Below are positions 52,801-64,000 of a DNA stretch of 64,000 bases, piece after piece. The notes beneath the pieces are model-generated. The model saw nothing but the letters and a program-made list of their open reading frames with translations, ran no database searches and was not told the origin of the DNA. The stretch is taken from positions 1 through 64,000 of the forward strand of contig JAPEUI010000037.1 in assembly GCA_026025075.1 (NCBI GenBank). Direction: 5' to 3'. Made by a program: the position numbers and the translations under genes. The stretch comes from Vezdaea acicularis (Eukaryota). Position 1 is the stretch's first letter, and the number at the start of each line of letters is the position of its first letter.

Positions 52801-54388
52801 GTCGAACAAGACCATCTACTACAGGCGATTTCCGTGTCTCTGCGTGACAGAAATTTGTACCTACAGTATAAGCCTTCACATCCTCTGCATTGTCCATGTG
52901 CAAGAACTGCTCATAGATATAGCTACTGTTCTCCTCACTGACAGCTCGGGGAATGATGAGGTTTTCATCCAATTCTGAGCTCTTGTTGCCAACCTTCCGA
53001 AAGAGTCTTCTTCCGCCTCCACCTTGGCTTTTGGGGTAGTAAATTCGAATGTTATGATCTTCGCCGCTTGTTGGCTTTTCGACAAACGGCTTCTTCAGTA
53101 AAGCGCCATCTACACTCAAGGTATCCCCGTCGTCCAACAACTCTACTTTGCGCGTATGAGGACTTCCTCCCCCCATACCACTTTCAGGGCCATCAAGTCT
53201 AACTCCAGTTTTCTCCGCAAGGTGTTCAGCTAGCTCAGCAGACCCTACCTTAGGACCACCGTCACGATTGACTTCTATGCGCTTCGGCGTTGGGACTTTG
53301 ATACGGTCAAGTATACGGAGACAAATTCTTCGGTCCCATAACACTTTCTGCATTGGCAGGTCATTCACACTGAATGGATGGCGAAGCTTGGTATACTCGA
53401 TGGCCTTATCGAGCGGGAATCCATCGGAGAAGAATGAGATTAAATAATCACACACAGGCCAATCTTCGACCTTTTCATCAAGGATTGTTTTATCACCAAA
53501 AACAATGATGTCAAAGTCCCCCTTTGAAGCTAGTCGTGTCAAGATGTTTCGACTTGGCTTACTTCTGGCTTTGACGTCAAGGGCACAGACACCTATAGTG
53601 CCAATGGTAGGTGACTTGCTCTCTCGAAGCCCGTGAGGCCCTCTTTCACTGCCACCACTACTCGCACCTGGGCTACTACTGATCCTCCTTTGCTTGGTAC
53701 GACTTCGAGATCTGCCTACAACTTGTTGAGTTGGAGGAATTGGCTTTCCGGTTGATGTTGTCGCAGGGCATGGAGTAGGCGGAACTGATGTCTGTGAAGT
53801 CAAGGAACCTTGAGATGACCTTGAGTTAGATAGATTCATATGGTCAGGAGTGCTCAAAGAATGGCTAGTCGATGGTCCATGAGTAGAAAGATATGGTGTG
53901 GATGAGGTAGTTACAAATACTGGGCTCGTAGCGGTAGTAGTGGATGGCCCGCTTTCAACGCCTGAGCGTGTTGCCGATAAGCTTGGTGACAGACCATCCT
54001 GCGTTGCCATTTCCGTATCTTTCATGACAGGGTCTTCCTCAATTGGTTTAGGGGGAGGTTGAGAGCTTTGAGCTCTACCTCTCAAAGGTATCGTCGCAGG
54101 AGGCGGCATGGAGATGCTCGCTCTTGCGATCTCGCCAGGCGTAGTATCTAAATCAACATGGCGCCCTTTTCTATTAGTAGAAGTTGATCTGTCTGAAGCG
54201 GAAGACAAGCTATGAGGTGCCGACCACCCCTTAGTGCTTGGTACTGAGTCAGTACCAAATGAAATGTCTTTATCTTCATTGGAGTTTACGTCCACGCGCA
54301 TAGGATCTGAATCCGTGTTTAGGGCTGCTTGGTTATTGTTCACGCCTAGAGGGGCAAGGTCATCACTCGCTAGTAAAACCGGCGGCAT
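49834..54388 (-). CDS. VIP1: Inositol hexakisphosphate/PP-InsP5 kinase-phosphatase Vip1/Asp1; short last exon ending 49834
   Basis: GVCALDVKARSKP, SFFSDGFPL, EKPTSGEDHNI, DVKAY, HAETRKSP, DVNGWSFVK, acid-phosphatase motif RHADR, YFTKESH; last exon VKLPKSFLAIDLS. Confidence 0.96.
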
Positions 54389-54750
54389 GATGACTCGATC
54401 GCTATAGGAATCTATAGCAAGATGACATATATAAATCTTTTAGGGATTTTGAAGAGTAAAACTCTGGATATTAAGCTTTAGGCATACACGTTTGGTGGGA
54501 GTCATGACGACGGAAGGTTGGAGTCGGCTCTTGGAAAATTCGCAAGGTAAATAGAATGATGTGCGTTCGTGGGGGCCCGGATGTCGGCGTCGCTAGCGTT
54601 ATGCACATGCAACTGGCGAGAATAACCCGAGAAAAAGAAATTTTGAGCCTATTCTAGAAGTTTAAGCTTGCATAAAAAGCAACACTTTGGTAAAGTTGAA
54701 GTGCAAAATGCGGCTACGAGACTTCAAGCAGCTAGCTCTAATTTCTTGAG

Positions 54751-57700
54751 ATGCCTTCAGCGAATCTATTGGAGCGAGGCGCAGGGCCTATCATTAAACG
54801 ACAGAAGATCAGCAATGGTGGCTCCCATCCCCAGTCGCAGACGCGGAGCACTTCTCGCATATTTGCGCCTTTTCGTGTAAGTCCCAAAGGAGAGGGGACT
54901 TGATAGTTAAGCTAACAATCTAAATATACAAGACGCTAGGTCTTGTTTCTGCAACTAAAGTACCTTTTACCTCTGTTGCGCTTGGCAAGACAACATTCCA
55001 GATCACTACTTCGATTGGAAGGTCCTTGCAGACATATGACCTTCGAAAAGGCCTCAACCTAGTATTTCTGACTAGACCACAAACACCAGAGGATATTACA
55101 GCAACCTGTTCGTGGAAAGACAGGGTATTCGCAGCATGGGGTGGAGGGAAGGTCGCCGGTGGTCTGTGGGTGTTCAAACGAGGAAAGAAGGTCGAGGAGC
55201 TTCAAATCCCCGGAGGCTATGACGAGGCAATCAAAACGCTTATAATATTTGGGAGCTGGATCATCGGCTGCTGCTCGACGAAGATATACGTATGGAAGTC
55301 GACAACCTATGAGAATTATACCACCCTATATCCGACCAGCAAATCTGGAAAAGGACGGCGAGCGCTCACGGGCTGTATAGCACATCTGCCCACATTTCTC
55401 AATAAAATCTTTGTAGGATGTGAAGATGGTAGCCTAGAGATATGGAACATAAGTACAGGGTAGGTCATCAAGAAAAAGCTTAAGAATGTGTCTGATTGCC
55501 TTTAGGAGACTTGTTTACACGATATTACCTCCACAGCCTAAGTGCGGTCCAATAACGGCTATGGAGCCAGCGCCGGCTCTGTATCTTCTTGCTATTGCTT
55601 ATAAGAATGGATTGCTGGTTATACATGATGTGAGGAAGGACAAGGCGGTCATGCTGTTCGATTCGGGGCTTTTGCGAGGTCCCATCAACTCAATATCGTT
55701 TCGCTCAGACGGTGCTGGGGCTGGAGAAGATGGTGAGAGGTCTGGGGTTATGGCAACTTCGAACGAAAGTAGCGGCGATATCACATTTTGGGACCTCAAC
55801 GAAGAAGGCAGAGTTATGGGGGTCTTACGAGGGGCGCATAACCCCTCGGCCGAAGGAGTCAGTGGTGGGGTCAACAAGGTGGAGTTCTTGAGTGGACAAC
55901 CAGTTGTCATTACCAGTGGCCTAGACAATTCTTTAAAGTCATGGATATTTGATGATAACTCCTTTACACCTATCCCGCGGGTATTGCATGCAAGAAGTGG
56001 ACACGCTTCAACAATCACAAGGCTCGAATTTCTACCATCGGATGCAGATGGAGCGGACGCTGGAGGTAAATGGCTTTTGAGCGCCGGAAAAGATAGAAGT
56101 CTTTGGGCCTGGAGCTTGAGACGCGACGGCCAAAGTTCAGAGCTTAGCCAAGGCAGCATTCGAAAGAAGGCGAAGAAGTTTGGTACACTTGGTAGCACGG
56201 AGACCGCACTTGAGGACCTGAAAGCGCCAGAGATAACGAGCATTGCCGTTTCGCTTAATAGAGACGGTGGGATGGGGTCTGCGGCAGGAGGAGGTCCGAT
56301 CTGGAGTAACAGTACAGCCAAAGGAAACGCTGAAAAGGTTGGAGCTACGGGTTGGGAGAGTGTGGTAACCGGACATCGGAATGATAAATCTGCAAGAACC
56401 TGGTTCTGGGGTCGGAAGAAAGCAGGCCGGTGGGCCTTTCCTACTGGAGATGGAGGAATAGTCGAGAGCGTTGCAATATCTCCTTGCGGCACATTCGCTC
56501 TCATTGGATCTTCCCTTGGTGGAGTCGACATGTTCAACCTCCAGTCGGGTCGCCATCGACAGCGCTTTCCACCACGCCTAACGCAGACTCAAGCCAAAAG
56601 GCTTCGATCCCAAGGCCCAGAGGAAGGCGGGATCTCGAATACGCCTATGAAATATGGTCTAGGCCTGGGTAAGCATCGGATGGCCGTGACGGGGGTTATG
56701 GTAGATGGGCTCAATAGAACTGTAATAACCTGTAGTCTTGACGGCAAAATAAAGGTTGGTCATCTTGATTGCAGTCCGCGAGGACACAGCTAACAAATTC
56801 TAGTTCTGGAATTTCTTGACTGGTCAACTTTCAGACGAGATTGAATGGTTCCCATTCACGGCCATAACAGGTGCCCAACACCATCGTCCGAATGACCTGA
56901 TAGCTTTTGCATGCGAGGATCTGTCTATTCGCGTAATAGATATAGTAACTAAGAAGACTGTACGCGAGTTTCATGGATGTGAGGGTGGTATTAATGACTT
57001 TGTATGTAACGTTTATCCCCATACAGTCCCTCAGGTTCTAATTTTCACAGTGTTTCTCGAATGACGGCCGGTGGATTATTGCCGCGTCACAGGATTCTAT
57101 CATAAGAGTATGGGATCTTCCTACTGGCAACCTTGTCGATGCAATACATGTAGAAAGCCCTTGCATAGCCCTGGCATTCACGAGCACAGGAGAGTTTCTT
57201 GCAACAGCTCACGCTGAAGGGGTTGGCGTCAATATCTGGTAAGTACAGACTAAGACATTTAAGGAGAGACATTATTGAACTGACATTAGGAACAACCGTA
57301 CTTTGTTCACACATGTGCCGATGAGGCAGATATCTGAGAACGAGATTACCGGTATAACTTCTAACGAGACAACGGGTCTTTTGGAGGCTGCATTCGAGGA
57401 CTCAGAAGAGGAGAAGGATGAAGGTAGCGCTCCGGTTGTGGAGCAGCTCAGCCGGGACATTGAAACCCTCAGTATGGTGCCAAAAAGCCAATGGCAGACA
57501 CTATTACATCTGGACGAGATCAAGAAGCGCAACAAGCCTACAGAGCCTCCAAAGGCCCCAGAGAAAGCACCGTTCTTCCTATCCGCCCTTGAAGGCCCCA
57601 AACCGTCCACCGAGGTCATTGATGTATCCGCAGCCGAGCGATCTCGGATTATGAAGATGGAACGGGCTGAGAGCGATCTCAGCCTCAAGCTACGAGATGG

Positions 57701-58022
57701 AACTACCACTGGAGACTTCAGCTCCTTCATCGCCCACATGAAGTCCCTCTCACCCGCAGCAGCGGATCTAGAGATCCGCTCTCTACGAACCGATGAGCTG
57801 GGCGTCTTCGTCGAGGCGCTGACTAGCCGACTTCGTCAGAAGCAAGACTATGAGCTTGTACAGACTTGGATGAGCGTCTTCCTTCGAATGCACGCCGACG
57901 AGATCGACGTCGACTCCTTGCTAGAGTGGCGCAGGGAGCAAGAGCAGGAGGCCGGTCGGCTGAGCGCACTGTCAGGCTATTGTGCTGGCGTAATAGGTTT
58001 CCTGCGAAGCCCAAGAGGGTGA
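54751..58022 (+). CDS. UTP21: U3 snoRNP/SSU processome WD40 protein Utp21, multi-exon
   Basis: SRIFAPFR|TLGLVS, YDLRKGLNLVF, DNSLKSWIFD, FNLQSG, FSNDGRWI, W.TLLHLD.IK.RNKP.EPPKAPEKAPFFL, LSPAAADLEIRSL. Confidence 0.95.
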
Positions 58023-58711
58023 ATTTTCTAGCTACAAATATCCAGTCGGTGACCACAGGCTCATGCAGAACATATGCAAGACGTGCATGACTTCGTGCAT
58101 AAGTTTATGGACGGCAGCGAGGCGGGGTAGCGGGATAGCCCGGGCAATGGAGATGATTATTTAAAGTAGCACCTAGCCCTCCATCGGGGTGCTTGGGTTA
58201 AGACTTCTTTGGAAGGTGCTTGCCATCTAAATCTACTATGCTGAGACTACAGAGTGCTTTGACCCTTGTGAGCACGCGACCCTACGGATTAGAGTTTGCG
58301 CCTTAGACGGGTTCGAACTCATATTCCCCCCCCCTCACCCCTACCCTCAAGTAAGTCTCTAGTATTTGATAAAGCGATGCGCGCTGTGGAGTGCATTTCT
58401 GGATAGAACCACCAAAAATCCTAGCACTCAACCAATCCCGGTTTCATCATTAGGCTGACATGAGAGGAAGTACAAGATCTCTGCAGCGTTTCCCGGGTCC
58501 TCGGTTCGTCGTATCCCACAGCCCCAAGGATGAGAGCCCCTGTTAACAAGACTTCCTCACATGACGTAGGCTACCAAAACCGGAACCCCTGATCCATACA
58601 TTCTGCACGCATAAATCCATAACTCCCATCCTCGACAGCTAAATCTACCCATTATCTTTATAAATTTAAACCGAGATTCGACTGGATCGCGCGAGCTTTC
58701 TGAAACTCGTC

Positions 58712-59479
58712 ATGATGAGACTTCAAGCCCTTGCCCTGGCCCTTCTCGCGGCCATCTCGCCGGTTTACGCGTCCGTCACATGCCTGACTGTGGGAGACAC
58801 GGCGACGGCAACCTGGGTCAATGAAAAAGGCCAGCACTGTACCTGGACTGGGCAGGTCGGGAGCAATTTCGGCTTCTCAGCGAATGGTGGAGAGTACGTC
58901 CCTGGCTAAGTCGAGCCTCCTGTTAAACTGTTGTCGTTGTGCTGAACTTTGCTTTTCAACATATAGCTACAGTTGTAATGGAAGGTTAGCTTTTGCCCTC
59001 CAACCTCCCTACCCTTTCGGGGTGGTGCTGGCGTCAAAACAGTCTAGTAAAAAGGCTGACGCGGATTCCTTAGATGCGGCGCCGGATGTACAGGACAAAC
59101 ATATCTCAGAACTGCCTAGTAATGCTCACTTTTTCTCTCTCCTCCAACCCACGTATCACCGTCTCGTTCCAAGCACGCACTAACTCGACTGTCCTCCAAA
59201 AGCACACAAGATTGCTTCTCCCATGATATCTGCTCCTACTTCAACAATGCCAGCGGCGGACTCGCGTACGTTCTTTCCTCCTCTACCCTTAACAATCTGT
59301 CCTTCTCAAAGCCTCAAACCCCCCACTAACGTCCCTACCATATCGGTAGAGATCCTAATTGCGGAAGGGCCTATGCCGCAGCGGCAGACGACTCGCTCCA
59401 GGGCGCGATCGGAAGGTGCCCGATGCCGAATCCGACACTGGCGCCTTCCCCGCCGACGGAGACGCCTTCATGCATATAG
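58712..59479 (+). CDS. Small secreted Cys-rich protein, 5 exons: 58712-58893, 58967-58984, 59074-59118, 59203-59265, 59350-59479
   Basis: Signal peptide MMRLQALALALLAAISPVYA, then ...DYSCNGRCGAGCTGQTYLRTAYTQDCFSHDICSYFNNASGGLADPNCGRAY...SCI*. All four introns are GT-AG and keep the frame. Confidence 0.85.
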
Positions 59480-60127
59480 CGCTGCTGCTACGTCAAAGGG
59501 AGAGGCTTCGCTGGGGGTTTGGACTGAAGGTGGCGAAGATGGATGGATGTTGAGGGGAGAGGTGTATGTTTGGTCTGTATGCTGTAGATAGTTAGGACCG
59601 CATAAGCAATAGGCACGCTAGTCAAGTAGGAGTTGCTCCCACCTTCATGTCCCCGTCCTTGACTTCACGGGCAAGGTCAAGACATTAGAGGCGCATCGAA
59701 ATGGCTGTGCTGTGAGAAGCTGCGGCCTTGTGTTGCTTTAGTCGTATGCTCCCTCTCGATGTGTGAAGATACCCAAACTCTGACTTAGAAGAAGCAGCTT
59801 CAGGAGTGGAGCATTTACGGGTAAGAGCTGCGAATGTGGTGTGCAGTAGAACGTCACTTTGCTGTAAGCTGGGCATACGAGAGGCAAGTAGAGCGCCAGC
59901 CTGGTAGCATAATGTAAGGCCGTTAGTCTGTTTACTCTGATCGCTATTGAATGATGATAGAGAGGTTTCAGTAATAGTCGAGGTGGCTTTTTCTTCAATC
60001 ACTGCCTGATGTTGAAGTATGCGAGGATGGTGATATTTTGGTGTCGACGTTGTAGAAGCGCCTCTACTACGACGGTGCGTCAAGGCTCTGGGCGTAAGTG
60101 GTAAAAGAGTGTACTGCGTGAAGGTCC

Positions 60128-60886
60128 CTAGAACAAAAACGGCAAGAATCTCGCCGTCTTGCGATGCCAATCTTCCCACTCTTTCCCAAACAAGTTCCTC
60201 ATCATCGCTTCTTCATCCGGTATCCTCAGCGCCAGGAATATGGCGGTCCAGACAAGTCCTGCGATATAGCTTGCGCATCGCACGTACCAGTTACCTACTA
60301 GGGTATGTGGAAGCCAGCAGCTGATTATACCACCATCAAGTCTCAAGAACAGACCGTGGAACGCAACCAACAGCAGAATGAGTCCGGTGTAGCTCGGATG
60401 TTGAACGTAGCTGTATACCCCAGTTGTGACTAGGCCACCTTTCGGTGGATTTAGCTCAAAGGTGAACGACCGGCCCAGGGTTTTGTAAGCATTCAATCTT
60501 AGCATAGCCGCGAGCACAATCGTCGTGAGGCACAGCGTTGTGTTCCAAGACCAAGTGAACAGCTCCTTGGCAAGGATATGTGGTCGTGGGCAGATGGATC
60601 GAGGAGGATCGGGATACGTGAGCGTGACGGCGGCATGGGTGACTGTGAATACTACCGTGAGAATTATACTGAATTTGAAGAGGTAGCTGCTTGACCAGTC
60701 CGAGCGAAGAGACCTTGTTATTCGATCTTCATATTTGTGCTCCACCTTTTTAGAAGTGCCGTTGGGTGGCGTGATGCATTTGATCGTAAACCATGTCGCG
60801 ACAAGTACAGCAAGAGCAAGCAGGGCGGAGGAAGTTTGAGACCCGATCGAGCTGAGAACATTCATAGCGACAATGAGTGCCAGCAT
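60128..60886 (-). CDS. ICMT/PEMT-family integral membrane methyltransferase-like protein; start uncertain
   Basis: Multiple TM segments; LRLNAYKTLGRSFTFEL, LVTTGVYSYVQHPSYTG, RIPDEEAMMRNLFGKEW..W. Confidence 0.85.
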   Translation of the reverse strand: MLALIVAMNVLSSIGSQTSSALLALAVLVATWFTIKCITPPNGTSKKVEHKYEDRITRSLRSDWSSSYLFKFSIILTVVFTVTHAAVTLTYPDPPRSICPRPHILAKELFTWSWNTTLCLTTIVLAAMLRLNAYKTLGRSFTFELNPPKGGLVTTGVYSYVQHPSYTGLILLLVAFHGLFLRLDGGIISCWLPHTLVGNWYVRCASYIAGLVWTAIFLALRIPDEEAMMRNLFGKEWEDWHRKTARFLPFLF

Positions 60887-61179
60887 CAATCAACCTATGC
60901 TCATGTTCATGGCCCTGATTATGATGCGCGGTGTTGGTTCGGAATTACCCGTCGCCAAGGATTTCACGCATGCAAGTATCTCGAGGATCATTCATAATGG
61001 TTTGCAGAACAACATTTTCCAAAGAATACAGCTAATAATTTACGATAGTGAGGTGAGTGAGCCTCGCACGACTAAAGTCCACTGAGAGCGCATTATGGCA
61101 GTGAAAGCAATGACGCCACAGAAAGAAAGAGCAAAGGAAAACCCAAGGGATATCGATCCACAGCCATCCAGCGATCTTC

Positions 61180-62403
61180 CTAGACAGTCTTATCATCTCC
61201 GTGAAAGGGCCCTGTCTGCGAAGCAGCAACTGAATCTTCATACAACTCTTTCTCATTAAAGACAGCGCCACGCTCGACGCGCTCGAAAGCCGAGAGATCC
61301 TGGGCCTCAGCGTTCGGCCCCTTATTGATTGGCAGGATAACGATCCGGCCTCTCTTAGCCGCCTTGCGAGTCTCCCAGCCGGAAATCTTCTCTTGCTTCT
61401 TCTCCAACCAGCTCTGTTTCCTTTCAAGCATCCTCTCAGCACATTCCTTCTTCAGCTCCATCTTCCCCGCTACCTTCTTCTGCACCCATTCAGGCTTCGT
61501 CGCCATCTTGGCCTCCATATATGCCTGCTTCTTCTCTAACTTGTCCATCTTTCTTGCGATCTTCTCATTACACTTCTCAATCTTTGCTTGCCACTTCTGG
61601 GCCTTTTCGCCATTGGGATCGCTGCCACATTGTCTGCAGCTACCGGGGCCCCTGACAGAGCATGCGCCGCGGCCACTCATGACATCCATGTGATACATGT
61701 CTCCCAGACTCTCGCCAGGGAGATCCAGGCGAATGAGAAGGCCACGGGGAGCGAAAAAGTCTTTGTTCCAGGCATACAGCTTGTCCTCCAAGTCACCAAA
61801 TACCCTTGCCTTGTTAATGTTGCCAACCTCCTTCTTGCGCTGCAAGTGGCGGCCGACCAAATAGGCCGGAATGACGCCAAGCCAACCAATGAAGATTCCG
61901 GCGACAACGAAGGTGCCAACACCTCCGCCAATTGCGATGGTCCAGTCACCAGATGTCAAGCGGGCGGGTTCGGTGATTTCAGATGTGAATCTGGACCATT
62001 CCGCAGGCGTGACGCCGTACGAGGCGAGGACGGATGGGTATGCGAAGCCAGACGAGACGAGGCCGTTCGAGGACGCCACCTGGAGGCCACGATGAAGGGT
62101 GCTTTCCGTGGCCTGGCCTGGGGATGTTGAGGTTGGTGCTATGGGTTCCTGTTCGTCTAGAGCTGGAGCAGAGCGATCGATAGGGTGTGGAGCTGGGGAG
62201 TCGCCCATAGCAGAGTCTCGAAGTGCTGCTTTCTCTTCTTCGGCACTCAAGTAGGTCTGAGGCTGGGCCGAGGTGAAGGCCATTTCGGGGTTGACTACTT
62301 CAAAGGGACTCTCCCTACCAGAATGCTCATCGTTTTCGCTGTAGGCGGGGAGGGGTGCTGTAGGTTCAGCGGCCGCTAGGTCTTCATTGACTCTTCGAAC
62401 CAT
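61180..62403 (-). CDS. Hypothetical membrane-associated protein with a Lys/Glu-rich coiled-coil C-terminus
   Basis: Intronless 407-aa ORF: acidic/Pro-rich N-terminus with LPAY, a Gly-rich hydrophobic segment, WNKDFFAPRGL and a K/E-rich helix. Confidence 0.75.
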   Translation of the reverse strand: MVRRVNEDLAAAEPTAPLPAYSENDEHSGRESPFEVVNPEMAFTSAQPQTYLSAEEEKAALRDSAMGDSPAPHPIDRSAPALDEQEPIAPTSTSPGQATESTLHRGLQVASSNGLVSSGFAYPSVLASYGVTPAEWSRFTSEITEPARLTSGDWTIAIGGGVGTFVVAGIFIGWLGVIPAYLVGRHLQRKKEVGNINKARVFGDLEDKLYAWNKDFFAPRGLLIRLDLPGESLGDMYHMDVMSGRGACSVRGPGSCRQCGSDPNGEKAQKWQAKIEKCNEKIARKMDKLEKKQAYMEAKMATKPEWVQKKVAGKMELKKECAERMLERKQSWLEKKQEKISGWETRKAAKRGRIVILPINKGPNAEAQDLSAFERVERGAVFNEKELYEDSVAASQTGPFHGDDKTV

Positions 62404-63391
62404 GATGATTCAAATCCGAATACGAGGAAATAAGTACTTATTAAGTATTCAAAAGATGAAATCGTTCAAGAACTGAGAATGAGAATGAGGCTGAGTATGA
62501 TCAATACTCTTAACCTGCTTAGGTATCCACGGATTGAGAATAGGAGTGAATGGTGATATCGCGCATTCTAAATATCACCAAGTTGGGGAACCCGCATCAA
62601 CTTTTATATCAAACCCCCCAAAAACCGACCACATATCCTCGCCCCCCTTCCCCACGCAAGCCAAATCTCCACCTTGCGCGTTCCCTCCCTGCCTATCATC
62701 GCCTTGCCCACGAATTACGCGTACGTGGAAGGAGCAGTGTAGGAGAAACATCTCTTTGGTGATGGGGCTTGCGCGTTCCAGGGGCGCGAACGGCCGTAAA
62801 GCAGCGTTAGCCGAGTGGGAAGGAGGCTTCGTCATCGGCCGTCGGCGTAACGAGGCGCCGCGTCTCGGGCGAAAGCGAGGGGATTGTTGCGCCGGGAGTT
62901 TTTTTCCGTCGCGGGTGAGTCTCCCGAAGCATTTCTGGGTTCTGTGGGGTTTCTACTTTTTTTTTGCCTTTTTCGGCTTTTGTGCTTGAGTGAAGGCATG
63001 AGGATCACGGGGTTTGAGGCGGAGGAGATGGAGGATGAGATGGGCGCGGGAGGCGTGTTGCGCGGCTGGCGACGTGTCGTGGTTCAAGGAAGACCTGGTC
63101 GACGAGATCATGGAATTGGACGCCGCGCTACTCGAAGGTCACTGAGCTAAGCATGAGGTTTGCAGGGGATGAGCTACACTTTATGGGGGTAGTTTAACAC
63201 TACGAAATGATATGTTCGGACAGGGCGCTTTCCAAAGTCGATGCCGCCGGTGCCTTATTCACCGCCCCATTCCTAGATAAGCGTAGTCTTCCAATTGCCT
63301 GGTTCTGGGAATCCCTTGAAACGCCTTTTGAGGAATTGATCAGCCCTTGAAATACAATAAGAATGCTCTGCCGCCCCGTGCACCATTCCCT

Positions 63392-64000
63392 TCACATGTC
63401 CTCGTGGAAGATACTCCGCTTCTCCTCTTGATTGCTGCTCACGCTCAGTTGCGATCGGTGACCTCCACCTGAAGACCCTTCGACCGGCCTTGGACTAACC
63501 CCCCTAAGACTCATATTGCTCGGCTCTGCTGCGTCGTCGAATGGATCGTGTCGCGATCCTCTTGCTGTTTCGGCGTCATACCTCTCGTCCAGACCTCGCT
63601 GCGAGCCTCCCACCATGGTAGGTGGCTCACGACTTCTACTCCGACCTCTTGTCACCTCTCCGTCACCGTAGCCCGGGAGCGCTGCCTTTTTGGTTGCAGG
63701 CCCGCCGTATCCGCCACCCCCGTAAGATGTGTCGACGTTGTGAGTGCTGTGCAAACCAAGCTCCTGCTCTTCATAATAACCCCCCGGTCCGTATCCGTCG
63801 GCCTCATGTCCAACTCTGGCATCCCATGCCTCATCTGGATCCAAGGGGCCGAACCCTCGTGTTGTGTGCCTTCCTCTCGTATCCGCTAGGGGCTCTTCAT
63901 AGGCGCCTCCCGCGGTGCGACTTCGTCGATTCTTCAGCGCTTGGAATTTGTCATTGAACCACCCTACGATACCGCCAGGCGCGGGTGCTGGATAATTTCG
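63392..64000 (-). CDS. 3' part of a conserved-looking fungal hypothetical protein, running off the window edge
   Basis: Open frame from the edge: NYPAPAPGGIVGWFNDKF...GFGPLDPDEAWDARVGHEADGYGPGGYYEEQELGL...LRGVSPRP...SIFHEDM*. Confidence 0.75.
   Translation of the reverse strand, partial: RNYPAPAPGGIVGWFNDKFQALKNRRSRTAGGAYEEPLADTRGRHTTRGFGPLDPDEAWDARVGHEADGYGPGGYYEEQELGLHSTHNVDTSYGGGGYGGPATKKAALPGYGDGEVTRGRSRSREPPTMVGGSQRGLDERYDAETARGSRHDPFDDAAEPSNMSLRGVSPRPVEGSSGGGHRSQLSVSSNQEEKRSIFHEDM

Noticed and set aside
55599..56537. 312-aa antisense ORF, and similar shadows over NTE1, VIP1 and MOB3
   Set aside because: These are antisense shadows of well-supported genes.
58290..58330. GGGTTCGAAC tRNA T-loop-like motif
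   Set aside because: No T-stem pairing or cloverleaf on either strand.
59085..59125. Apparent premature stop (TAG) suggesting the secreted protein is a pseudogene
   Set aside because: The TAG is split by an intron (TA|GTAATG...AAG|C), which restores Tyr and the frame.

Overview
Gene-dense, intron-containing DNA from a filamentous ascomycete (Pezizomycotina-type GT-AG introns with CTRAC branch points). About 23 protein-coding genes can be supported, mostly housekeeping: a Rab GTPase, YKT6, two SDRs (one AYR1-like), an FAD oxidoreductase, NSE1, an aromatic amino-acid decarboxylase, a CobW/ZNG1 GTPase, Mob3/phocein, PNS1, a beta-carbonic anhydrase, aspartate aminotransferase, an RBR/IBR ligase, a DUF676 lipase, NTE1, guanine deaminase, PRS1, VIP1, UTP21, an ICMT-like protein and several unknowns. 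The ORF track misses several structures. (1) A non-coding spliced host gene at ~7.3-8.2 kb carries three intronic box C/D snoRNAs: snR67-like, an unassigned double-guide RNA, and snR53-like. (2) A 54-aa Cys-rich, zinc-finger-like microprotein lies in the 45-50 kb 'gene desert'. (3) An impala/mimp-like MITE occurs as an inverted pair at 25.6-26.2 kb. (4) A micro-exon starts a PTS2-bearing N-terminal extension on aspartate aminotransferase. (5) A 5-exon secreted Cys-rich protein carries a PLA2-like CxxHDxC motif. (6) Sharp C-rich to G-rich strand-skew inversions recur regardless of gene structure. All calls come from manual reading and recalled family motifs; no database searches were run.
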